A stretch of DNA of 64,000 bases from a virus: IMG/VR virus record IMGVR_UViG_3300037454_000906, positions 160,001 through 224,000 of that record; one strand, 5' to 3'. Shown here one piece after another: positions 26,518 through 36,800 of the stretch (the stretch's first letter is position 1; the number at the start of each line of letters is the position of its first letter). The position numbers and the translations under genes were made by a program. The notes beneath the pieces are model-generated. The model worked only from the letters and a program-made list of their open reading frames with translations. It was not told the DNA's origin and ran no database searches.

Positions 26518-26928
26518 ATGCAATACAAATCCAAGAACCATACCAAATTTTTGTTGCAATATCATATCATTTTCGTTTCAAAGTACCGTAGAGGCATATT
26601 TTCCAATGAAATGGTACGGGAACGAACCAAACAAGTGATGTTGGACATTGCCGAAAGGTATGATTTTAGCATCCAAACACAGGAAATCGACCCGAACAAA
26701 CCTGACCACTGGCATGGATTGATATTGAGTACACCAAATCTGTCTCCATCACAGATAGTCCGTGTACTCAAACAGGAGTCCAACCACAGGTTATGGTTAG
26801 AATTTGAGCAATATCTTCGGTACTTTTATTGGCATGACAATTTGCTATGGACTAGGGGATATTTCGTAGCGTCAATCGGAAATGCATCGGCAGATACCAT
26901 TCAAGCCTATATTGATGCGCAAGGTTAA
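26518..26928 (+). CDS. tnpA: IS200-like Y1 (HUH) transposase
   Basis: LQYHIIFVSKYRR, DHWH (HUH), LWTRGYFVASIG, IQAYIDAQ (catalytic Tyr). Confidence 0.95.
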   Translation: MQYKSKNHTKFLLQYHIIFVSKYRRGIFSNEMVRERTKQVMLDIAERYDFSIQTQEIDPNKPDHWHGLILSTPNLSPSQIVRVLKQESNHRLWLEFEQYLRYFYWHDNLLWTRGYFVASIGNASADTIQAYIDAQG

Positions 26929-26990
26929 TCCCCAGGCCTCTCATCTCACCCACTAAAGATGAGTGCGTTTTCTCGGCCCATATTATAACG

Positions 26991-27015
26991 AAAAACGGCG
27001 ATTTCTCGCCGTTTT
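26991..27015. terminator. Bidirectional intrinsic terminator
   Basis: AAAACGGCG-6-CGCCGTTTT between convergent units. Confidence 0.8.
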
Positions 27016-27016
27016 G

Positions 27017-30000
27017 CTACCATATGAACTCGACACGCAGCCAGTAATCATTAAATGAACCGGCTGAACCATGCACATTATCAGAAATTTCGTACCGAAT
27101 ATACCGTTCGCCGCGCTCAATGATACGGAAGAAATCTGGATCATCAGAGTATTTTTCTTCCTGGGGTTCACCACCATAAATAGTGATGATACTCAAATAC
27201 GGCATGCCATCCACCAGTTTAAGTCCAGTAACTTCAACCGGTTCGGGTATCGGCGTATCTCGCCCCATTTCATGGAATAGTTCAATTTTCTCCCCGTTTT
27301 TTTGGACTGCGTATATGCTACTTGGTGAGTCAACATCCTTATTTTCAACCGTAAACTTGAACGCCCGGGGTTCGGGAGACAGGTTCGTTGCGGGTAGCCG
27401 GTAAACCGGGTTCGCGTTTTGGATCTGGTCCTTTCTCGGAAAATCGAACTGACCCCAGAGGACCGCATCGCCCATGGTGCCACCCGCACGATCATGTACC
27501 CATGCGCCATCATGGTAAGCGACGGCGGGCACGTCGGAACCACGCGCCACCGATGTCGCCGGACGCAAGTGCTTGCGCATGGCCCAGAAACTTGCATGGG
27601 CCTTGCTTGCCCAGGCGCTCTCATTCGACTCACTCAATATATTGCCGCCGTTCACGTCATACGGGGCCACGATGCCCAGGCCGCCGGAAGGTATGGGGAG
27701 ATACGGCTTAGCCAACCGCGGGATCGCAACTTCGCTGGTGGGCAGGTCAGTATTGTTTTCCAATTCAACCTTGTCGCTGGCCGGCATGTTCGAAATGAGC
27801 TTCGGTATGATACTCGGGTTGATGTCCATCGGCGGATATTTGTAGTACGGGTGCATCAGGACATCTTGCCAGCCACGGTTTGGTGGGCATATCGATTCCG
27901 TCCATACACGTACGCCATCAATCTTCGCTTCGAGGGCGTTCGCTCCATATAGCGGGGTCAAGTACGACATCGGGGTCTGTATGTAATCGACCGTGTACCA
28001 ACGCCCCGCGCTTGCCGAGAATTTGAACTTCATGTATACGCGAATGTAGCCGCTGGGGCCCGCGAATATACCGGTGCCATTGAATATGCTATACCAATCA
28101 CGGGTCACCTTAACGGGCGGTTCGCTCCAGTTCGTGACCGACGGGATTCCATCATCGTCACGCATCGACGCGTAGTGGATATTGGAATCGATTCCCGACC
28201 ACTGTGCGCTGGTGGACCTGGATATGAAATTATCCCGAACGATTGCATCGCGAACCGTGGGATCAAGACCACTCAATCCATCGCAGTCATCTTCGCCGCA
28301 GCATTCCGTCTCCGGCCAAATGATTCTAGTGGAATCTATTAACTTGATATGCCGCCATACCGGATCGGTCACGTCCCCTTCCGGATACATCAGCCCGGAT
28401 TGCGAAATGCCGGTGCGGGTGCTATCCCAGAACCTGGTGGGCATGTGTCCGCCGTATGGGGCGACCATCGATCTCAGTAGCTTCGTTAACGCAGTCGATT
28501 TAGGCACGCCATCTATGAATGGCAAATTATACGACACGAAGTATATGTTCAGGATTTTTTCCCATTCGGTGTCGTAGCCCATGATTTTTGCGCGTTGGGT
28601 CACATACAATCCTTCGATGTACCCAAGATACGTAGCCATCGCATCGCCCGAAATCAGCGGCAGCATTTGGGGATTTGTTTTCCCAAGATATTCCAGCAAA
28701 TCCTGATTCAAAGTAGCGCTTCCCGGAGACGGTATTGTATCTACGGAGAATACGTTGGCCGTGGCCGAATAGATATCCTTCCACATCTCGGACTCGGATG
28801 CACCGATCAAATTTGCATATGGCTCGGTGATGTCAAAGTCACCACCAGGTGCCCAATCTTTCAGGCCAGTAATCTGAAGCTCGGCAACACGGCACGCGTC
28901 CCGGAACAGCTCATGCCGAACTGCATCAGAATCGCTTTCAATGCGGGCATTTATTACACTACGGTACCCGAACATTTCCTTAGGCCATGCGGCCAGCTTG
29001 TAATCACACGGGATCGGTGTTGCGGACGCGCTTGTCCAATATTCGCCATTCCCGTAGATGTTTTCCGAATACCGTGCGCCCACTTCGCCATCTACAAACG
29101 GATCGGCGCCTACGATGGAATTTCCGTCGGCGTATTGGTCTTGCCCCGACGCGCGGATATAGTCAGGCAAATGCCTTGCCTTGATTTGCCATGCTGCGCC
29201 CGCCAACTTGTTATTGATTACCTCATCGGTAGGTTCGCCACTCGCCCTGGTCCACCCGCTTAGGAAGATGTCATGGAGGGAGCCAGGATATTCCGGGTTG
29301 GTGCCCATTCGAGAACTTCTCGAGATCCCCGGTATCTTCTTGTACTCTCTGGCCAGACGCATCTTGCGGAAATCACTTGCCAGCATTTCCACCGCTTTCC
29401 TGGCCTGGCGCACCGGATTACTTGCCGCGTCACGGTAGCTTCCGCTGCCATCGGGAATCCGGATGCGCAGCTGGGAACCGACCAGGGACTTCTCCGCGCC
29501 GGAATTTTTCCGGGCATACACGAGCGGCATCGTATCGGCGGTAAATCCGTAGCCGTTCTGCCCGCCGCCCACGTCGCCATACCCGAAGAACCCGACCGTA
29601 TCGTTGAAGTCGATTATCTTCTTGTTCTCATGCCATATCATCGAGGATACGGAATGTTCCCCGAGGTCCCACTCGTCCGTCATCAGACGTTCCAGGTGGC
29701 GCATCTTGTGCCTGCCGACAATCGCCCACGGGAACGTATTCGTGGTAGTCGGGTAGACCGTGGCCACTACACGGCGACCGTCATCCACCAACGCCATGCG
29801 GCCAGTGTCGGAAAACGTTGGGGAAAGAATCTTGTTGTATCGACCGATTCCATTGCCTTCGCCCATGTCACTGGACCCAAGCGTGGTCTCGTTGCGGGTG
29901 TGGAGGCCCATCAAAGTCGACGTGCCCGTACCATAGAGCCGATTTGTTTCGCAGTCATCATTCGGATCAAGGTAAGCGACGCCGCAGATACGCATGCACC

Positions 30001-31912
30001 TGTCCCTCAGCCGGTTCCCGTAAGGATAACCTTCAAGGTCCACGATGGTAACGTTTCCGGCCTCGTTAGTTTCCAGTGTACCCATCACGTCGGCATGGCG
30101 CGGGCAGTTACTGCCCCCATCCAGGGTGAATCTAATACGGATTCCGGTGGGGAGCGCGACACCGTCACGATCCACAAGAGGGGCGACATTATCACCGGTG
30201 ATTTCGAAACTGCCAGTCGATGCCGGCGTTGATGTACCAAGATCCCATGAAAGGGAGCTCTCGCTAAACTTCCAGTTGCCGCTCAGGACATATACGCGCG
30301 GCTGGGAGACATACTCGTAGTATGCGCTGAGTTGCTTTACACGGTTTGCGACCGCGTCGCGTTCCACCCCGTTACCGAAAGCCTGACCGGGATTGATGAT
30401 TGGCAAAGACACGGTGACTTCAAATTCATCGCCATCGGGCGTGTCTATCGGAGCCGGAAGGTGGACATAAGTCTTTTTAAGATGGGGTTCGCCATCGCCT
30501 ACATTCTTAAAGTCATTGTTTACGCAGATATGAATTCGATTGGATTCGCTGTGCCCAACAACCAGCCTACCGTCCCCGTCGCAGTCCGGGCACGGCGAAC
30601 CATCGACTTCGCCGGTTCCGCCACATGTCTCGCATGTATCGTAGATGTCATGAACGAGCCCACCAACACAAGAAGCCGAATCAACCGGGCCGGAGCGCTG
30701 CCCGTCATTGTCGTACAAGCGGTTGGCGAACTTTTTCAAGAGGGTGATGTTGTTGTCCGTCTCCGCGGACGCATAGTTGCTGAACGTGGTAAACGGCCAG
30801 TCGCGCGGAATGGCGGTCGCATCATCGCGGTTAGTGGAGATGTTGAATACCGTCAGGGGGCGGTCCACCGGTAGGCCATCGCCTACAGGCTTTCTCCTGG
30901 GAGGGCACGTGTCGCCATAATTGCACTCCCCGCTCGCGTAACCCCCAAGCCCAAATCCTTCGACGGTGACGGTATCGCCACCCTCATGGGCACTGCCGAG
31001 CTGGACGGGGCCGCATTCGACAAACCATCGGGTAAGCGCACCCGCTCCCGCAAGGTCGCCCGGACGAGAAAGCGGGTGTAGTGTGTTGCCAATCACCTCG
31101 CGCGTCTGCTCGGCCACGCGCTCGGTAACCTCGCCGTCACTGTAACTATGCCTTACGTGACCGCATACCTGGCTGTTATCGAGCGATTCAACATGGTCAT
31201 ATGGATCCTCGCCCTCGGCAAAATTCTGACCCTTTACGCGCCCCACCGAAGCACGCCGGAACCAGGTACCGTTATCGACAGTATACAGCCCGTTCTCCGC
31301 GGGATTGTCCTGCCCCGTCAGCAATATGGCGGAATTCGGGATGGGCTGTTCCACCTTTATCCTATCCGGCCCAATACGCCCGTCAACTCGCTGCTCCTGC
31401 GGGTCGCCGCGTGGCACGAACAACGTGGTGACATCGTGTTCCGAATCATACGTGCGACTGTCCACAGTGAAATCCACACCAAGCAAGCCAGTGACCGAGT
31501 AATCCTCGTAACCTGCATTGGCAAACCGGAAAGCCGAGTCAAGCATTTCACCGGGGTTGCCGGGGACGGTGACCTTGTAGAAATCATTTTCGTCGCCCAC
31601 GCACTCAAGACCGTTTACCGGGATGAAGATCGAATTGCCCGACAGCGGTTTCACGTTCACCGGGATTTCGACGTATTCGCCAATCACGTAATTGGCATCC
31701 TCGACGGAAAAATTGGGTGACTGGGGGAACTCGGGGTTACCCCTGGACAGACACTCCACCGAATCGCCACATACGTTGGTATTCGGGAACCCGAGCGGAT
31801 CGATCGGGTATATGCCATGGGAATCGGCTGTACGGGCCTCGACCGGATCAAGCGAGGGCGAAGTCACGTACTCGTGGATGGTAGTCTTGTCCGTATTTAC
31901 AAAATCGCTCAT
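27017..31912 (-). CDS. Large tail/baseplate-associated structural protein (1631 aa)
   Basis: AILLTGQDNPAENGLYTVDNGTWFR tail module; internal CxxCxGxG finger; located in tail cluster. Confidence 0.7.
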   Translation of the reverse strand: MSDFVNTDKTTIHEYVTSPSLDPVEARTADSHGIYPIDPLGFPNTNVCGDSVECLSRGNPEFPQSPNFSVEDANYVIGEYVEIPVNVKPLSGNSIFIPVNGLECVGDENDFYKVTVPGNPGEMLDSAFRFANAGYEDYSVTGLLGVDFTVDSRTYDSEHDVTTLFVPRGDPQEQRVDGRIGPDRIKVEQPIPNSAILLTGQDNPAENGLYTVDNGTWFRRASVGRVKGQNFAEGEDPYDHVESLDNSQVCGHVRHSYSDGEVTERVAEQTREVIGNTLHPLSRPGDLAGAGALTRWFVECGPVQLGSAHEGGDTVTVEGFGLGGYASGECNYGDTCPPRRKPVGDGLPVDRPLTVFNISTNRDDATAIPRDWPFTTFSNYASAETDNNITLLKKFANRLYDNDGQRSGPVDSASCVGGLVHDIYDTCETCGGTGEVDGSPCPDCDGDGRLVVGHSESNRIHICVNNDFKNVGDGEPHLKKTYVHLPAPIDTPDGDEFEVTVSLPIINPGQAFGNGVERDAVANRVKQLSAYYEYVSQPRVYVLSGNWKFSESSLSWDLGTSTPASTGSFEITGDNVAPLVDRDGVALPTGIRIRFTLDGGSNCPRHADVMGTLETNEAGNVTIVDLEGYPYGNRLRDRCMRICGVAYLDPNDDCETNRLYGTGTSTLMGLHTRNETTLGSSDMGEGNGIGRYNKILSPTFSDTGRMALVDDGRRVVATVYPTTTNTFPWAIVGRHKMRHLERLMTDEWDLGEHSVSSMIWHENKKIIDFNDTVGFFGYGDVGGGQNGYGFTADTMPLVYARKNSGAEKSLVGSQLRIRIPDGSGSYRDAASNPVRQARKAVEMLASDFRKMRLAREYKKIPGISRSSRMGTNPEYPGSLHDIFLSGWTRASGEPTDEVINNKLAGAAWQIKARHLPDYIRASGQDQYADGNSIVGADPFVDGEVGARYSENIYGNGEYWTSASATPIPCDYKLAAWPKEMFGYRSVINARIESDSDAVRHELFRDACRVAELQITGLKDWAPGGDFDITEPYANLIGASESEMWKDIYSATANVFSVDTIPSPGSATLNQDLLEYLGKTNPQMLPLISGDAMATYLGYIEGLYVTQRAKIMGYDTEWEKILNIYFVSYNLPFIDGVPKSTALTKLLRSMVAPYGGHMPTRFWDSTRTGISQSGLMYPEGDVTDPVWRHIKLIDSTRIIWPETECCGEDDCDGLSGLDPTVRDAIVRDNFISRSTSAQWSGIDSNIHYASMRDDDGIPSVTNWSEPPVKVTRDWYSIFNGTGIFAGPSGYIRVYMKFKFSASAGRWYTVDYIQTPMSYLTPLYGANALEAKIDGVRVWTESICPPNRGWQDVLMHPYYKYPPMDINPSIIPKLISNMPASDKVELENNTDLPTSEVAIPRLAKPYLPIPSGGLGIVAPYDVNGGNILSESNESAWASKAHASFWAMRKHLRPATSVARGSDVPAVAYHDGAWVHDRAGGTMGDAVLWGQFDFPRKDQIQNANPVYRLPATNLSPEPRAFKFTVENKDVDSPSSIYAVQKNGEKIELFHEMGRDTPIPEPVEVTGLKLVDGMPYLSIITIYGGEPQEEKYSDDPDFFRIIERGERYIRYEISDNVHGSAGSFNDYWLRVEFIW

Positions 31913-31920
31913 CAGGCCTC

Positions 31921-33852
31921 CTACCCGATCATGTTGCGGTACTCGTCATCAACCAGGACCGGCGACATGTCATATGTCGAGAACGGGTCTTGCACCAGAG
32001 GGAACCCGGCGGTCTCGACGCCATAGGTGTTGCTCGAACGGTCGGACGGGTCAACGAATCCGCCGGGTGACAGGAATATGCAATCGGGCAGCTGATAGTA
32101 CCCGTACTGCTTCCACGACTTGTCCTCTTCCGAATACACGAACTTGGCTTTCACCAGGACGGGGCGATTTGGGACGGCGATGTTCTCGGCGAACACATAG
32201 AAGTTCGTAAGTCGAGCCATGCTGAATTTGGCAATCGGCGTGCCTCGGCAAGCGAGATTGCTCCGACGTGGCACGCTGTACACATATATCTGGGCCTTGT
32301 TGATGATGAGGTCCGCGGTCTCATGTCCATTATATGCCGGATTGGGCCATATGCGGAACAGAAACTCGAACGTCTGCCCATCCCGAGGATATACCAACTT
32401 TCCATCATACGTCGACTCTACCGGCAAGTGCACCGCAAGTCCCTGGTCCAGGTCCGGCCCATCGTAGTTCACTATGTTGCACTGCTTGCAATCCGGGTTG
32501 GCGTGGTCGAACACCATGATGGCGGTGTAATCCTGCAATTCCGTTGCACCCTTGGCCGGATCGGTCCTGTAATTGTGGCCAGACGACCACTTTGCGGTCG
32601 TGCCCGGCCATTCGGCATAGTTCGACGTATCTAATATGGCGACTCCCCCGTTCTCGCCTGTCGGGGCGCCGACAATGCGCACGTTAGGCAGCACGTATAC
32701 TTCCGGGGTCTGGTCCGGGTACCCGGCGCCTACCCTGTACAGCATGATGCTGTCGATGTCCGTGGTGGCGGTCCACCTGATGGCGGAAGTCTTCGAAAAC
32801 GCCGGGGAAACCTGGATAGGTAGCACGGGTTCAGGGCTCCAGCCGTCATTGTAGCTTCGGTCGCCGTTCGAATCGATTTCGTACGGAGGATATCCGTACT
32901 GCGTATCGCTTCCCGTGTAGATGAACAATTCGGCACAGGTAAAGTCATTGGCATACCCAGGCTGCCCTATTGCAGGATCATACAGGTATGCCCTGCCGTG
33001 CTTCAATGACACGGTACCGCCTTCGCGGGTGCCGAACACGTCACAGAAGTATTCCCATCCGCTGCCAGAATTTCCGGGAGCGGAATGACCGAGCGTGCCC
33101 GTTGGGCGGTACACCTTCCCGGCATGAATGACGAACAGATACTTCTCGGTGTCTTGATTCATGTACCCGGTAGTCCGGTTGATGCTCCACTTTTCGAATA
33201 CCGCCTCCGTGTTGCTTTCGGTCGCCGCGGGGTCCAACACTATTGTATCGTTGGAAGCTATCGGCGACTTGACCCAACGGACACGATGATACCCGTTCGG
33301 ATACTCGATGCAAATGAACTGCCCCTTGACATAATCGGTTGTCGCGGCAACGCCCACGTTACCAAGTATGCTGCCCCCGCTTTCGCTGTTGACGCTCAGG
33401 TTTCCCTGGGTTACACTGAGGACTTCCTCGATATACTTCTCGGGATACATTACAGCCGTGGCGAACAACTTCCACGACGAACCAGCGCCCTCAACAACAT
33501 TGGCCCTGATGTCCAACTTGTCGTTGTAATAGGGGTCACCCGAAATCATGGCCCCGACGGGGTACCTGAGACCATAGGAGAATGCGCCTTCCCCCGAATC
33601 CGGATCCGCCCCGTTAACGCCGCGCCCCTCGACCGAGTTCCTGGTAGGGAATGTATAGTCGACAAAACCGGGATCGGTGTCACACATGAGCCTGGCCGTG
33701 ACAGTCTTCAGCTTGCTGCTGTTCCATTCGACCAACGCATTGAGAATCGACTGATAGTTGAAGCGGGCCTTGGACAGGTCAGCGGTCAGGTGTTCAAGCG
33801 GGTTGATATCGCGAATGTTGAATGTCCCGACATTTACTGTTTGATTGGGCAT
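31921..33852 (-). CDS. Putative tail/baseplate structural protein (643 aa)
   Basis: Long beta-rich ORF in tail operon. Confidence 0.65.
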   Translation of the reverse strand: MPNQTVNVGTFNIRDINPLEHLTADLSKARFNYQSILNALVEWNSSKLKTVTARLMCDTDPGFVDYTFPTRNSVEGRGVNGADPDSGEGAFSYGLRYPVGAMISGDPYYNDKLDIRANVVEGAGSSWKLFATAVMYPEKYIEEVLSVTQGNLSVNSESGGSILGNVGVAATTDYVKGQFICIEYPNGYHRVRWVKSPIASNDTIVLDPAATESNTEAVFEKWSINRTTGYMNQDTEKYLFVIHAGKVYRPTGTLGHSAPGNSGSGWEYFCDVFGTREGGTVSLKHGRAYLYDPAIGQPGYANDFTCAELFIYTGSDTQYGYPPYEIDSNGDRSYNDGWSPEPVLPIQVSPAFSKTSAIRWTATTDIDSIMLYRVGAGYPDQTPEVYVLPNVRIVGAPTGENGGVAILDTSNYAEWPGTTAKWSSGHNYRTDPAKGATELQDYTAIMVFDHANPDCKQCNIVNYDGPDLDQGLAVHLPVESTYDGKLVYPRDGQTFEFLFRIWPNPAYNGHETADLIINKAQIYVYSVPRRSNLACRGTPIAKFSMARLTNFYVFAENIAVPNRPVLVKAKFVYSEEDKSWKQYGYYQLPDCIFLSPGGFVDPSDRSSNTYGVETAGFPLVQDPFSTYDMSPVLVDDEYRNMIG

Positions 33853-33864
33853 CTAATGTTCTCC

Positions 33865-36800
33865 CTAAATTGTCCCAACGAGGGTTATCGGTACCTTGGT
33901 TCCGGCGACCGCGTTCGGGTCCGGACTCTTGATGAGGAAGTCGTACATGTAGGCGCTGTCATAGTCCGTGTCATCAATCGTAAACGTCTTGCCAATGACC
34001 CTCGATATGGTGCATGACACCGAGACGCCACCCAATCCTGCGCCATTCAAGATGAGGCTGCCCGTGATCCCAAGCTCGGCGCACGGATCCCTGTATGAGA
34101 CCACCAAGACTTCGCTGAACTTGTCAGGGGTACCCGGCATGTCCACGATGATACCTGCCGATACCGTGGAACCATATCGTTTCAATGAAATGCAATTGGG
34201 GCTGTCGTCGGATGCAAGGATACCCGGTGTATGGGAACCTGATTCCGGTTGAATTGCAAACCTGGAGCCACTGATGTTCCCAAAGTAGCCACTCATACCG
34301 GTGGATGTACCCGCGAAAATGTCCGCCTCATGGAACGTCCCCGCATCAAACGTCGGTGGCCTGTAATCGATGTTGTCCGCGGAACTATTGGCCAGTGTCC
34401 TGCTGAACGTCTTGCGCACGGAATCATACTGGATGTAAGAAATGTACGAAACCGGCCTGGAATGCTCGACATCGCTCAGATAAGCCAGTTCTTCCGCGAC
34501 ATAGGTCTCCTTCGGCATGACACCATTGTTGCCCGTGCCGTAAATGAAAGAGTTGATGAACTTCGGGTGCGGCGGATTGGCAATATCGTCCGACCGGACT
34601 TGTCCCGGAAGCACGAGACACGAGACATCGTATCCGCGATCCCCGGATTGGTTGACGTAAGATACCGCGGAGTTGATGATGTGCAACCCGCGACCCTGAT
34701 TGGATTCCCATCCACCGCGCACCTTGCTCGGAAGATTGATGCGACCGGAGGACGGCGTGTGTCCCGGCTTCCAATCGTTTTGACCGTAGAAGAACCCGCT
34801 CCGCGCAATTACGTTCGGGTAGTCAACCGCATGTCCGTTCTGCATGAATGCGTCACTGTACCGGTTGTGCATGTCGTGGTACACCCAGAACGACCGCGCC
34901 TCATCCGTTGCAGTCAAGGCGCCCCATGTCTGGCCGTTCAGGAACAGGCCCTTGAACGTGCTGGAAATATAGCCGCTGTTGTGGAACGACATCATGCGAT
35001 CTTCGTTCGTATTACGGAGTTCCATCCCGTTTTCGGAGTAGATTGCAATCCCGTTACCTTCGCCCACACGGAGCGGACCTTGCTCCAACAGGGCCTCGTA
35101 TGTATGCCTTGCACCGACGTAACTTCCCGCCGTGATGACCATCGTACCGGCCATGGATTCAAGTCGGGTAGTGACATCAAACCGGCTGGACAGATAGCTG
35201 GAGCCACTGCGCACGAAGGTAAGGTTGTTCTCGTGCGTACCGTCGCGGCTTTCAAGGCTGATCTTTGTACGGGTGTCATTGGCCACGACATATCCGCTGA
35301 ATTCGCCCGTGTGGCTGTGGCGGAGCCATGCGCCGTCCATGGCGTAAAGCGCATCATAATCACGATACATCTTGTTGCCATAGTCACTCATGCCAATCAT
35401 GGCGGCCCGGTCGGCTGTCTGCAAATAGCTATAACCCTGGGCGACCACGAGGCCGTTCCTGCGGAATGCCTTGTTTCCGACATAGGACGAGCCGATACCG
35501 ACAATGAACTTGGCATCACGGTTGCCCGCGTTCATCTGGCCGACAACAGTCTGGTTCACACCGGATGTAAACGTATGGTAGTTGAGCGCATTGGATGAAT
35601 GTCCGGGGCGCTTGGTCACGGTAGGTCCAAGGGAACCATTATAGGCCATCTCGCGAACGTTGACCTCGTAGCGGGAAATCTTGCCGCCGTTCACCCACAT
35701 GGACTCGAATGTTTCGCCCCTGGGGATATTGCCGTCAAGTTGCACCAGGTAGTCCCCGTTGGAACGGGAAATGCCGGTAACCTTGAAGGTGAGCGGCTTG
35801 AAGGCATAACCTTTCGTGTCGGTTGCCTTGTACGTGCGATTGCCTTCCTTCCTCGTCTGGGCATACACGATTACCGTGTCACCGCGTTCGATGTTTATGT
35901 CCCAGAAACCTTCGGAAACAAGCGATGCATAAGAGATGCGGACCGTGTTGCGGCCCTCGCCCTCGAGTACGCCTGTACTACCTTCGGTGACAACGCACTT
36001 GCCGGCAACCCTGTCCTCGATAGCTTCGCAGTCCACCACCGTGACCCCGGACTCGGGTTCCTCGATCGTGAAATCGTATGCAAAATCGCCGGCGACCGTA
36101 TCCATGTTGCCTGCCATGGAGTTGGGCGCGATGGAATCGACCCTCATGCCGAACGACACGGAATTCTGGCCGGCTGTCGTGTTGATGTAACCACTCAGTA
36201 TGGCCGACTGGGGCCCGAGCGCAAGATTGTGATATCCGCCGATGATGGCGCTATCCGCTCCGTATGCGATGTCGTTGAAACCGCCCAGGGTGACAGAGCG
36301 CTCACCGAGCGGGTAGGATTCCCTGCCAAACGACATCCCGTACTTGTGCCCAAGAAAATTATCAAGCCGGCGGCTCGGGTTGGAATGGTAGCCGAGCATA
36401 ATGCGCGGAGCGGTGACTTCGAGGGTTTCGTCAATGTCCCACAGCCAGCTGCGACCGCCGCCCACGTGGTCCTCCCCGTCACCCGGCATGCCGGTTATGC
36501 CGATCTTGTTGTAGCCGCTCGGGAACAGGTACGTCTCGTACTGGGAGAAGCTCTTGGTGGAAAGGTCAGCATCATACAGTGGGGTACGGAGATTGAGCGG
36601 GATTGGCGCCGAGTTCGTCACGAGTTTCGGAGAAGCCGAGTCGCGGACGAGCCCGGTCCAGTAATCATCGCTGGTATTGTCCTTGTTGCTGGTAACGAGA
36701 TATAGAATCTTGGAATGGGTCACCACCGCCTTGGTCACCGGGCGCCCATCCCCCTTCCACTTCGAGTCACAGATGAGCAGGATGGACGAGAACTCGTCGG

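Larger units (their letters stand above)
24971..26984 (-). mobile_element. IS605-type element 2 with divergent tnpA and tnpB
   Basis: Same TTAT target (26988-26985); right-end 38 nt identical to element 1; left-end hairpin with the same TCTTTAG loop. Confidence 0.92.

Noticed and set aside
27019-27030. CATATGAACT resembling the IS right-end junction
   Set aside because: Only about 10 nt, no hairpin, and it lies in the last codons of the tail gene; likely chance
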